From positions 1-47,647 of the IMG/VR virus record IMGVR_UViG_3300020519_000124: a stretch of DNA of 47,647 nt. One strand, given 5' to 3'. Shown here one piece after another: positions 27,903-36,702 of this stretch. Source of the stretch: a virus. Its lineage: Duplodnaviria; Caudoviricetes. Below the pieces are notes generated by a model that saw only the letters and a list, made by a program, of their open reading frames with translations, had not been told where the DNA came from and did no database searches. Position 1 is the stretch's first letter. Each line of letters starts with the position of its first letter. A program made the translations under genes and the position numbers.

Positions 27903-28187
27903 TTAGACCCAATGTTTAATTATAGCACTTACGGCAAGAATTGTCCACAGGATATTAAACCAAATAATTGTAGGCAAAGTCTTAACTGTCGATGACCAAA
28001 TCAATGCAAGGCTTGATACCAATGCAAAGATGTATAGCCACCACCATTGCTTACCGAATAGTAAGCCTGGAAATATAATAGATATTTTTGTCATAAAAGC
28101 AAAGAACTCAACAGTATTTGGCTTGTTCCAATACTCTTTGTGTCTCATTGTCTTTAGAGCATTAATCCACTCTGTTCTAAATTTCAT
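27903..28187 (-). CDS. small membrane protein
   Basis: Hydrophobic, Trp-rich 94 aa. Confidence 0.7.
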   Translation of the reverse strand: MKFRTEWINALKTMRHKEYWNKPNTVEFFAFMTKISIIFPGLLFGKQWWWLYIFALVSSLALIWSSTVKTLPTIIWFNILWTILAVSAIIKHWV

Positions 28188-29728
28188 TTTAATCCCTCCA
28201 AAAATTGTCTATGATCTATACATTCTGACACCTTGTAGTCTTGATATTTCTTGTAATAGTCATACATATCAGCACCCTTTTTATAGTCTGCAGAATTTTC
28301 TATATATGCTTTTGCAATATCTTTATTAATTGTGTTGTGTGCAGAGCCTACAAAGGTCCAACTATTTGATGACCAGTGCTCTCCAGAGTCAAACTTGTTT
28401 GGAAGTCTGACCTTCCACTTGCTAATTTTTTCTTGCAGATCTTTTGGTGCATTCTCATATGAAAACTTTTTCCAAAACTCTGTATCATTTCTTAAAGTCA
28501 TATAGTGAAAATATATAAATTCAGAAATATTATTGTTCATACTAACTATGTTCTTGTTAAACTCTTGTCTTATCTCTTTCGAGTTCTCGAATAGCCATAG
28601 CGGATTGTCAAATATCTGTGTCAACTCTACAATGCTAACCCAAATTGATGTTGCTTCTAGTGGCTCAACAAAGTTTGCTGCAAGGCCTACCGCAACACAG
28701 TTATTGATCCAGGGCTCTTCATAGCATCCAGCATTAAACTTAAAGCCACCCTTGTCTTTTCTTGGATAGGTTGGCTCATAGCCTAAGAACTCTTCTATCT
28801 CTTTCACTGCTTCTTCTTCAGAGATAAGGGATGAGTCGTAGACATACCCACAGCCAAACCTGTTCTGGAGTGGAATCTTCCACATCCATCCGTATTTCAT
28901 AGCAATTGCTTCTGTGTAGGATGGAATCTTATCTGTCATCTCAACAAAAAATGGAATAGCAGAGTCTACTGGAAGGAAATCTTTGTAACTTTTCCATTTA
29001 GCATCATATACTTTCCCAATGATTAGCCTATGAAATCCGCTACAATCAAAAACAAAATCACACATAATCTTTTCATCATTTTCTAAAGTTAAACCATTTA
29101 CATAGTTATCTTTATCTAGTGAGACATTTTTTATTGTGCCATCAACTACTTTGATTCCTCTTTCTATTCCTATTTCTTTTAGTCTATTTGCTAGTTTGGT
29201 AGCATTAAAATGTATAGAAATATTTCCTATTTTTTTATAATCATCTATAGGATCTTTTTTAGATACAAAACCGAAATCTCTCTTGTTTGCTTCCAAAGTG
29301 AATGGAACCTTGTTGGCTTCTGAAATTTTTTCTGTAAAGTCTATCTTCTTTACGCTATTATTTAAAGCAATGCTTGCTGCAACAAGAGGGCTATTAGAAA
29401 GATACCTATCGTACACAGCATCAAAGCCTAGCGACCTATCTGTTGTAGAAAAACCATGGTAATAAAACTCTCCATCATTATTCCAATTTGTAAACTTGAT
29501 TCCATTTTTAATAGTTGCATCACAATTTTTTATTAGGTCAGATAAAGGAATATTTAAATGGTCAAAGAAGTCTGCAAGGTATGGGGTAGACCCTTCTCCT
29601 GCTCCCAAGATTCCTATTTCTGTTGACTCTATAACTGTTATGTTTAGATCTGGGTATGACCTTTGTGCTTTGAGGGCAGTAAGCCAACCAGCACTTCCGC
29701 CACCAACAATAACTATATTCTTTGTCAT
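28184..29728 (-). CDS. tryptophan-halogenase-family flavoprotein
   Basis: GGGSAG, GAGEGS, FDCSGF, GWMWKIP (WxWxIP), FVEPLEATSI. Confidence 0.9.
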   Translation of the reverse strand: MTKNIVIVGGGSAGWLTALKAQRSYPDLNITVIESTEIGILGAGEGSTPYLADFFDHLNIPLSDLIKNCDATIKNGIKFTNWNNDGEFYYHGFSTTDRSLGFDAVYDRYLSNSPLVAASIALNNSVKKIDFTEKISEANKVPFTLEANKRDFGFVSKKDPIDDYKKIGNISIHFNATKLANRLKEIGIERGIKVVDGTIKNVSLDKDNYVNGLTLENDEKIMCDFVFDCSGFHRLIIGKVYDAKWKSYKDFLPVDSAIPFFVEMTDKIPSYTEAIAMKYGWMWKIPLQNRFGCGYVYDSSLISEEEAVKEIEEFLGYEPTYPRKDKGGFKFNAGCYEEPWINNCVAVGLAANFVEPLEATSIWVSIVELTQIFDNPLWLFENSKEIRQEFNKNIVSMNNNISEFIYFHYMTLRNDTEFWKKFSYENAPKDLQEKISKWKVRLPNKFDSGEHWSSNSWTFVGSAHNTINKDIAKAYIENSADYKKGADMYDYYKKYQDYKVSECIDHRQFLEGLK

Positions 29729-29931
29729 TATTTTCTTCCCCATTGTATATAGTTCCATCCACGCTCATGTGCGTAGTAAATGAATATTTTAACTACCGTT
29801 TCCCAAAACGCAATAGTTACGGAAAGAGCAGCATTTTTTGTTATGACATAGGCAACAGCAACAGAGGAAAGAGTTCCCCATATGCGATAACTTAATGCTT
29901 TGGCAAATGATCTAGCCTTGGTTACTTTCAT
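29728..29931 (-). CDS. DUF2061 membrane protein
   Basis: RSFAKALSYR...YYAHERGW. Confidence 0.85.
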   Translation of the reverse strand: MKVTKARSFAKALSYRIWGTLSSVAVAYVITKNAALSVTIAFWETVVKIFIYYAHERGWNYIQWGRK

Positions 29932-29979
29932 GAAGGCCACTCCATATTGTCAGGGCCTTTACTAATTGCTTTCCAAATT

Positions 29980-30738
29980 TTAGATACCCATCTCTTTACG
30001 TTTTTGCGTAGCCGATATAGCATGAATGTCTGCCCCCAAATCTACTTGTTCAATCTTGTATCCCACATCTCTACCATATACAATATTAGTAATGTTAGGT
30101 AGTCTTAGCACTAATGCCCCATCCATAAATTCATCCTTGGCAATATATTCCTTTACCTGATCAAACTTAAGTGGATCTTTTTCACTTGTATTGTATGTAT
30201 TACGTACTCCAAGAAGTACCTGCTCTGTTCTTTTCCCTGCCTCTTTGTAAAGAGCGTGATGTCCTTCATGCCATGGCTGATATCTGCCCAGCATAAGGGT
30301 TGTAGGGGCTGTCCAGTCGTGTAACTGGCAAGCAGTAATGATAAGGTCAGCCTCTTCTTCTACGGTCATGCCACAGGGGATTCTGACATCGCATGACTCT
30401 GGATCTTCCCACATCTTATTTGTATCTTCAAATCTTCCAGACTCAATTCTGTCTACCCAAATTAAAATATCTGGATTGCCAAATGCTGCACGAGTCAAGT
30501 CGGTAGGGCATACAAAGTCAACGATTACTGGAGCAACTCCCTGCTTAGCAATAAGTCTTGCCATGTCCCCCATACGTCTTGCCTGTTCAATTCTATCTTC
30601 AGGGCTAAAACCTAAGTCTGAGTTTACTGTTGCACGGACCTCATCTGCATTAAGGTGAATGGCGTTAATTCTTTCTTTGAGTGCCTTGGCCAACTCTGTC
30701 TTGCCTGCACCTGGCAGACCAATAATCTGAATAATCAT
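29980..30738 (-). CDS. cysC: adenylylsulfate kinase fused to an HxGH nucleotidyltransferase domain
   Basis: GLPGAGKT, ADEVR...DLGFS.EDR; C-terminal GRYQPWHEGH...ISAT..R. Confidence 0.8.
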   Translation of the reverse strand: MIIQIIGLPGAGKTELAKALKERINAIHLNADEVRATVNSDLGFSPEDRIEQARRMGDMARLIAKQGVAPVIVDFVCPTDLTRAAFGNPDILIWVDRIESGRFEDTNKMWEDPESCDVRIPCGMTVEEEADLIITACQLHDWTAPTTLMLGRYQPWHEGHHALYKEAGKRTEQVLLGVRNTYNTSEKDPLKFDQVKEYIAKDEFMDGALVLRLPNITNIVYGRDVGYKIEQVDLGADIHAISATQKRKEMGI

Positions 30739-31298
30739 TTTTTCCCTATCTCTGTGTTTGGCATAATGTCAATTAACAAATGCACCCTATCTATTTCACT
30801 GCCATTATTTACATAGTGAGTTCTTGAGTTGTTTATTTCCCAACATTCTCCAGTACCCATCTTAACCCTATCATCTCCTACACCAAAGAATACACTGTCA
30901 GAAGTAACTACTGGGATGTGGTTTCTTCTTGAAAGCATGAGATAGTCTCCTGCATCATGATGATGTGCTATATCTTGACCTGCTTTTAACTTAATCAAAA
31001 GCACCATACCTCTGACACCCTTGTGGATTCTTTCAAGGTCTGAGATTATTGGCTCAAGAATTTCAAGCAGCCCAGTATCATTAGATGTTTTCTGAGTAGA
31101 AAATTCTTCTCCTTCTTTCCACATAAGATCTGCGGTATAGACAAAGTATGAGTTAGTATCTTTATGAACATAGTAGTTATCTTGTCTTGATGTATTGATA
31201 AACCACTCTTCAGAAAAACTATCTATATAGTTTTTGATGGGCTCAACATCATACTTACTGTGTTGCTTAAAGTTAAAGTCTTCTAGCGTCTTTCTCAT
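30735..31298 (-). CDS. aspartyl/asparaginyl beta-hydroxylase-like 2OG-Fe oxygenase
   Basis: HHD, R.HIP..T, WEINN...H.V.N....R.HL..D. Confidence 0.8.
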   Translation of the reverse strand: MRKTLEDFNFKQHSKYDVEPIKNYIDSFSEEWFINTSRQDNYYVHKDTNSYFVYTADLMWKEGEEFSTQKTSNDTGLLEILEPIISDLERIHKGVRGMVLLIKLKAGQDIAHHHDAGDYLMLSRRNHIPVVTSDSVFFGVGDDRVKMGTGECWEINNSRTHYVNNGSEIDRVHLLIDIMPNTEIGKK

Positions 31299-31879
31299 TT
31301 TGCCTCCAGGGTCTGATTAAAATCTTTAGAATATCCAAAGTTAATAAAGTCAGAACTGTAGAAATCCTGAACCATTTTTATTGCCTCATCTGAATATTCT
31401 TGTATATATGATTCTACCACATAGTTGCCTACATTGTAAAATCCAAGTTCCCAGCCGAGTTCATCCTCTAACTCTTTTAGGTTCTCAAACTTATAAAGTC
31501 TCTCTACCTGCAGATCATCCTGGTCCATGATATAAAAAGACTGGGGGATGTGGAGTAGTGGGCTTACTGTAGATATTTTTCCCTGTTTAATATTATCTAG
31601 GTACTGTGCAAAAGAGATGTCTGTTTGATTAGTTTTATTGTATTGCTTGTAGCAACTATAGGTTCTTGTGTAGGGGTTTCTTACAACAGCAAAAGAGAAG
31701 ACTCTCTCGTCTATTAGGTTTGCTTCTTTTAGATATGAGTATGGATCGTGATGCCTTGGCCATTCTCTCTTCCAGTTGTCTAAATTTTTTTCATCTAATA
31801 TTTTAGAAATTGAAGATCCTGCAGTCTTTGGTATGTGAACAAAAAGTACTGCACTATACTCTTTATCTCTAACTATCAT
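31295..31879 (-). CDS. sulfotransferase family 2 protein
   Basis: FVHIPKTAGSS, VRNPYTRTYS, Y..DF..FGY. Confidence 0.85.
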   Translation of the reverse strand: MIVRDKEYSAVLFVHIPKTAGSSISKILDEKNLDNWKREWPRHHDPYSYLKEANLIDERVFSFAVVRNPYTRTYSCYKQYNKTNQTDISFAQYLDNIKQGKISTVSPLLHIPQSFYIMDQDDLQVERLYKFENLKELEDELGWELGFYNVGNYVVESYIQEYSDEAIKMVQDFYSSDFINFGYSKDFNQTLEAK

Positions 31880-32699
31880 TTTCTGCATCCTCACTATTTA
31901 TTTCTTTAACAAGTCTATTTACTCTTATATCGTTCTGTTGGTTCCAGTCTGAGTCTAAAATTTCTGTATTCGTAAACAGTAGCAAATCAGTTATTCCCTC
32001 ATCCTTTAGATTAATTATCTTTTGTTTAACTGTTTGATAGTCTCCAATAATTGAAAAGTTTATGTGTCTAGGATTAGCAGGAATAATTTTTTCTTTATAC
32101 TCTTCAATCTCTTTGTTTGATTCTAAGATGGTAACATTTGCGCTGACCATTCTTTTTTCAATTCCGTCAAACTTTTTTATATTCTCTCTATATGTATCCA
32201 ACATGCATAGCGATGTTCCCCCATGAATTTTTACAGTCTCTAAGGTGTAATCAGAGTATCCGCTAAAAACCATAGGAGGTCTTTCAGAAACTGGACAGTA
32301 AAGTTTATACATTTTTACAAAATTTCTTAAAAATGTAGTTCTTTTTTGTATAGTATCTATTGGTTCTGATTCTAAAAAAACATCTAACTCTATATCTGGC
32401 TCATCTGATCTATTATGAAAATCACCAGCAATCCAATTAATTATAAGTCTGTTACTTTCTATCTCATTATATGCTTTAGTCATCATTGAAAGATACTGAG
32501 GACTTACATGATACGGTCTTAGTGCAATCATATATTTTAGTTTGTGGCCAGGGGTAAGAGAAGCAGCAGACTTTACAAAATAGTCTGGTTGTTGTGAATG
32601 AAAAGTTAACAAAACTGACTTATAGCCACATTCTTCTAGGTAATGAGAAAGAGCATCAAGAGGAAGTTGGGACTCTCTTAGCATGTAATGAATATTCAT
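31869..32699 (-). CDS. luciferase-like (LLM) protein, paralog of 24358
   Basis: LKYMIALRPYHVSPQYL...RLIINWIAG. Confidence 0.65.
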   Translation of the reverse strand: MNIHYMLRESQLPLDALSHYLEECGYKSVLLTFHSQQPDYFVKSAASLTPGHKLKYMIALRPYHVSPQYLSMMTKAYNEIESNRLIINWIAGDFHNRSDEPDIELDVFLESEPIDTIQKRTTFLRNFVKMYKLYCPVSERPPMVFSGYSDYTLETVKIHGGTSLCMLDTYRENIKKFDGIEKRMVSANVTILESNKEIEEYKEKIIPANPRHINFSIIGDYQTVKQKIINLKDEGITDLLLFTNTEILDSDWNQQNDIRVNRLVKEINSEDAENDS

Positions 32700-32926
32700 T
32701 ATTGAGCAAGTTTTTCTCGTTCATCAATAATTGTTATAGCAAACTTCATCATTTTGTCATAGCCTACTGCATTATCCATGATTTTATTATAGTGATGACC
32801 ACAAAATAGCAAGTCTCCGTTTAACCCAGTTACTTGAACCAGGGCTTCCGCATTGCACCTATCGCATCTATTTAAAGGTGACAATTTCCATTCTGGTTTT
32901 ACATCATCTTTAAGCATTGTAAACAT
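32699..32926 (-). CDS. actinobacterial-type small zinc-finger protein
   Basis: RCDRC...LLFCGHH. Confidence 0.7.
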   Translation of the reverse strand: MFTMLKDDVKPEWKLSPLNRCDRCNAEALVQVTGLNGDLLFCGHHYNKIMDNAVGYDKMMKFAITIIDEREKLAQ

Positions 32927-32927
32927 A

Positions 32928-33113
32928 TTATACCTTCCGATTGTCGGTTTTATAAAATCCAGAGCCATTGAATGTGACTCCTATATTAGAGTATACACGA
33001 ACTAGGGACTGATTGCAAGTCTCACATTGATACCCTGGATCGTTTTCGGACATAGACCTAATCTTTGTATATCTTATTGCACAAGACATACAGTCATATT
33101 CATATGATGGCAT
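32928..33113 (-). CDS. FmdB-family zinc-ribbon protein
   Basis: MPSYEYDC..C...C..C...F.GSGFYKTD. Confidence 0.85.
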   Translation of the reverse strand: MPSYEYDCMSCAIRYTKIRSMSENDPGYQCETCNQSLVRVYSNIGVTFNGSGFYKTDNRKV

Positions 33114-33222
33114 TATTTCTTTTTCGTTTTAGCCTTTACTTGCCATACTGGTAGGTTTAATTGGTCTCCAGACCACTCATACCCTAATGCTTTTACGATA
33201 AACTTAATTATTTTTATTCTCA

Positions 33223-33441
33223 TTATTTAATTCTCCCACCAAATTTTGACCAAACTCTTTCATGAATATAGAAGAAAGTCATTTCTAGTGCTAGATATGA
33301 CAGTCCATATAGACCAACATACTCCCACTCTGCCTCTCCAGTGTAATACTTAAGTACGAAATAGATTATTCCAGAAACAAAAGTAAAGTGTACAAATGGC
33401 CAACTTGCAGTTTTTAGTAATGACTTTCTTCTAGACTCCAT
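33223..33441 (-). CDS. second DUF2061 protein
   Basis: KSLLKTASW...FYIHERVW. Confidence 0.8.
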   Translation of the reverse strand: MESRRKSLLKTASWPFVHFTFVSGIIYFVLKYYTGEAEWEYVGLYGLSYLALEMTFFYIHERVWSKFGGRIK

Positions 33442-34088
33442 TATAGTGCTACCATTCCTTTTCCTCCGCCACCTACGGATTTCTTTACAACAGGCTTTGC
33501 AGCCTTCTTAACAGACTTCTTAGCGGGTACTACTGGTTGCTCTGCTAGTTTGTTTAGCAATGGAAGATCTTCTTCGCCAGTATAAACTGGACGACCCCAG
33601 CCAACAACTCCATTGATTAGTTTTTTCTTGTTGTTCTTTACATATGCACGTGTTTTTTCTACGCACATACCGCCATTTCGCTGGTCTCCCTTTGCAGTGC
33701 CTGATGTGTTGCCTTCAATAACCTGGATTGTTCCATCTCCATTATTCTTAATGCAAATACCAACATGTGAAATACGATTTACTCCGTCTTCTGGGAAATC
33801 AAAATAGATCCAGTCTCCTGGGGTTGGGTCGTCATTACGAGCATCTGCCCAACGATCATTTTTCTTAAACCAATCAGATGCTGCAACGGTTGATGCAGAC
33901 TTTGGATACTTCTTTGGATTTAATCCTGATGTAAATGCACACCAAGAAACAAATGATTGGCACCATGGTTGGAAATTAACACCAGTCCACTTACCATATT
34001 TTGTTTCATTATCTTTAGGACCTTCAATAGTTCCTACTTCTTTCTTTGCAACTTCAATAATTGCTTCTACCGAACCTTTTACCGACAT
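33441..34088 (-). CDS. CHAP-domain peptidoglycan amidase (endolysin-like)
   Basis: PWCQSFVSW, PGD...F, SHVG, IEGNT. Confidence 0.85.
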   Translation of the reverse strand: MSVKGSVEAIIEVAKKEVGTIEGPKDNETKYGKWTGVNFQPWCQSFVSWCAFTSGLNPKKYPKSASTVAASDWFKKNDRWADARNDDPTPGDWIYFDFPEDGVNRISHVGICIKNNGDGTIQVIEGNTSGTAKGDQRNGGMCVEKTRAYVKNNKKKLINGVVGWGRPVYTGEEDLPLLNKLAEQPVVPAKKSVKKAAKPVVKKSVGGGGKGMVAL

Positions 34089-34157
34089 GCTTCCTCCTTG
34101 TTAATGTAGCATACATATATTATAGCAGAACAAGGTGTGTCTGTCAATAAGTGTGTA

Positions 34158-34949
34158 TTATATTTTTGCTAAGGATGGATTAAGGGCAGATCTTGCTCCC
34201 GCAATAGCCTTTTCAATTTCAGAACAAACAAAGGCAAACTCTTCTTCAAAGATTTCTGGAGATCTGTCAGAGCCCATCGCTGGGTTCTTTCCTTCTGCAA
34301 TTAGAGCCTCTTTTAAGGTTTTTTCTATGTCATAATTTAAGACTGTGCATGTAAAATGTTTCATAACATAGCCGTCCTTATCAATCAAATACTTCTCATA
34401 ATTGCCACCCATTTGAACTCCATCATAAAATCCAATGTTTAGCCAAGGTGATTTAAATTTTCCTTCAACATTCCCATCTTCTAAAGAATCTCTCATTAAC
34501 TGTAACATTTTCATCTGTGATGAAATTTCTGCATATACTTCGTGAGGTGGTAGTGTTGGTTGTCCTAGTCCGTTAGTTCCAGCGCTAAGTCCGTTCTCTA
34601 ACACTTCGTTTAGTAACTCATGAGGAACCGAAGAAACCATCTCTGAGTACTTAAAGGTTGTATTGTAAATTTCTTCCCCGTAGGCTTTTGAATCTAAACC
34701 ACAAGTAATTCCTTGTGACCATCTTCCTTTGGTAACTCCTGGACCGCAGTAGTCGTTTGTTGGTATAGCAATTATTTCAAAATCTTCGCTGTTATACTTA
34801 TCTTGAAGCATCTGTAAAACTTCTAGTTGGTTGGCGTTACCGCAACCGACTGTGGTATTTGCTACCAGTGTAACCTTGCCTTTGTATTGTTCAAGGTGGT
34901 TTGGGGTGCCTTCTGCTGAGTTTAGAGGAATATCATAGATTGATTTCAT
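34158..34949 (-). CDS. glutathione-peroxidase-like protein (Cys type)
   Basis: SIYDI...YKGKVTLVAN...CG...Q; NYEKYLIDKDG. Confidence 0.75.
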   Translation of the reverse strand: MKSIYDIPLNSAEGTPNHLEQYKGKVTLVANTTVGCGNANQLEVLQMLQDKYNSEDFEIIAIPTNDYCGPGVTKGRWSQGITCGLDSKAYGEEIYNTTFKYSEMVSSVPHELLNEVLENGLSAGTNGLGQPTLPPHEVYAEISSQMKMLQLMRDSLEDGNVEGKFKSPWLNIGFYDGVQMGGNYEKYLIDKDGYVMKHFTCTVLNYDIEKTLKEALIAEGKNPAMGSDRSPEIFEEEFAFVCSEIEKAIAGARSALNPSLAKI

Positions 34950-34973
34950 GATTTTATTATAACATGTTTTTAA

Positions 34974-34999
34974 GGGCAGTTTTAGTCATACCCAGGACT
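34974..34999 (-). ncRNA. H-type pseudoknot motif, copy 7 (compensatory change in stem 2)
   Basis: AGTC-C-TGGGTA-T-GACT-AAAAC-TGCCC. Confidence 0.75.
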
Positions 35000-35004
35000 G
35001 ATGT

Positions 35005-35877
35005 TTAATTACGAATGTAAGAGGCAGACCCTATTACAATCTTTGAAAGAGAAGATAAATACTCTCCAAAGGTACTAAAGGTATTGCGATTTACATACGA
35101 GGCTGCAGAAACTGCAGTTGCCACAGAACTTCCAGCAGTATCTGTTGGAGAACCATTGTACTTGGTGATACGAACCTTGCCAGGAGCAACCATATCAAGT
35201 CCAGGACCTGTGTTTGTCAGTCCTTCTAGTTGTGTTGCGTTGCCCAATGCTCCCACACCAATTACTCCATTAACACATGAAGGAAATCCTACAACATCTT
35301 TGCGTCGATCATTGCCTGTTGCAGCAAACACTGGAATGTTGTTTGCATTTAAAGATGCTACTGCATTCACAGTAACTGTATCATTTGTGCATAGTTTAAG
35401 GTTGTTTGCGCTTACTGAGGACTGGCTGACTGAAAGAGCATCGATACTATACTTAGATGCATTCTTTGATACCCAGTCAAATGCTAGTGCCAAGGCTCTT
35501 GCATCTCCCCTTGAATTTCCAAGGGATGTAACATCATTAAATCTAATAAAAACAATCTTTAGATTTGGATCAACAGTGAGAGCAGCCTTAACCATTGAAT
35601 CACCATGGTAGGTAGCGTTGTTAATTGATTTTGGCCATGGAGCAGATGCTGCACCCTTGCCTTCCATAAACAGTTCTCCGTTAGGGCAAGACATGTTTTG
35701 AGAAACAATCTTTGACTTTACAGTTGTAAAGCAGACCTCGTGAATAATTTGAGGGAAGTTATTAGAATTGATGGCAGAGTCAATAATCGCTAAGACTCTT
35801 TCATCTTGTGCCTGTGCTGGCTGAATTGCTGTGATTACAAGTACTGCTGATAGTAGTGCTAGTAGTGCTTTCTTCAT
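35005..35877 (-). CDS. secreted subtilisin-like (S8) peptidase
   Basis: Signal peptide; AIIDS, HG..M, AATGN, GSSVATA. Confidence 0.8.
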   Translation of the reverse strand: MKKALLALLSAVLVITAIQPAQAQDERVLAIIDSAINSNNFPQIIHEVCFTTVKSKIVSQNMSCPNGELFMEGKGAASAPWPKSINNATYHGDSMVKAALTVDPNLKIVFIRFNDVTSLGNSRGDARALALAFDWVSKNASKYSIDALSVSQSSVSANNLKLCTNDTVTVNAVASLNANNIPVFAATGNDRRKDVVGFPSCVNGVIGVGALGNATQLEGLTNTGPGLDMVAPGKVRITKYNGSPTDTAGSSVATAVSAASYVNRNTFSTFGEYLSSLSKIVIGSASYIRN

Positions 35878-35904
35878 TTATTTTATCCTTTGTTTGTTGT
35901 TTGT

Positions 35905-36087
35905 TTATTCTTTTATTTTAAAAACTACTTGACATGGATCTCCACCGTCTTCCCACTCCTGCTGTTCTTCAGCAGTCATGTATGGATCTCCATCATGGGT
36001 GTTACAGAACGGTTCTGTAATCCACCCTCTATCTATACCGTTTTCCAACCATATAGTAAACTCATCGTGATCTATTTCTTCTAGCAT
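35905..36087 (-). CDS. small hypothetical protein
   Basis: GW...FC.THDG...DPC. Confidence 0.65.
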   Translation of the reverse strand: MLEEIDHDEFTIWLENGIDRGWITEPFCNTHDGDPYMTAEEQQEWEDGGDPCQVVFKIKE

Positions 36088-36102
36088 ATAATAATTATAC
36101 TC

Positions 36103-36627
36103 CTAAGCACTGACAATGTCAACTGGACCCATGCAGGATGGGCTAAATTTTATGGCTGCATTAACTGCCTGAAGAACTCTATTTCTTGCATTTTTTTGTT
36201 TGTCTGTGGCATACAAAACCCCATACGCATACTCTGCTCCAGAGCCCATGGCTAGATATGGAACTGTATATTTAGATAAAGACATATCCCCAGAACTGTG
36301 TTCATATATTTCTCCACGAATTGCAACAATTAATCCTAGGTCTCCGTCTTTGGATGTATCAACCCAGAACTCGTTATAAAAATCACGAAGTTCTTTAACA
36401 AACTTAGTCTGCATAAATTTGTCTGTGTCTTTAAGGTTGGGTGCTGTTGGTTTAAAATTATAACGGATTCTTTCTCCGTCCATTGCACCAGCATATCCAA
36501 TAAGATATGGACCTATCTTCCAAACCTTTGGCGCATCAAGTGATAGAATAGTATTATCGTCAGATGCCCCACGATCTCCAGCCATATATACTTTACCTTC
36601 GTGTTTTACTACAGCAATACAGGTCAT
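36103..36627 (-). CDS. Ntn-hydrolase peptidase (HslV/proteasome-beta-like)
   Basis: M-T-C start (N-terminal Thr), MAGD, K, AMGSG..YA.G. Confidence 0.8.
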   Translation of the reverse strand: MTCIAVVKHEGKVYMAGDRGASDDNTILSLDAPKVWKIGPYLIGYAGAMDGERIRYNFKPTAPNLKDTDKFMQTKFVKELRDFYNEFWVDTSKDGDLGLIVAIRGEIYEHSSGDMSLSKYTVPYLAMGSGAEYAYGVLYATDKQKNARNRVLQAVNAAIKFSPSCMGPVDIVSA

Positions 36628-36632
36628 GCGAA

Positions 36633-36686
36633 AGCCCCTCCAGATAGGTATGATTAAGTATACCATCCACCTGAAGGGGCTGTCAA
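36633..36686 (-). promoter_or_regulatory. promoter embedded in an inverted repeat that pairs with the SD
   Basis: TTGACA-N18-TATACT; AGCCCCT...ATGGTAT versus ATACCTAT...AGGGGCT. Confidence 0.6.
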
Positions 36687-36702
36687 CTAGGGTCAATAAT
36701 GA

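Noticed and set aside
22536-27949. Isolated TTGTCCACA-type DnaA boxes at about 22536 and 27941
   Set aside because: Single copies inside coding sequence, expected by chance.
34158-34949. Selenocysteine in the glutathione-peroxidase-like gene
   Set aside because: The active-site codon is TGC (Cys) and there is no in-frame TGA.
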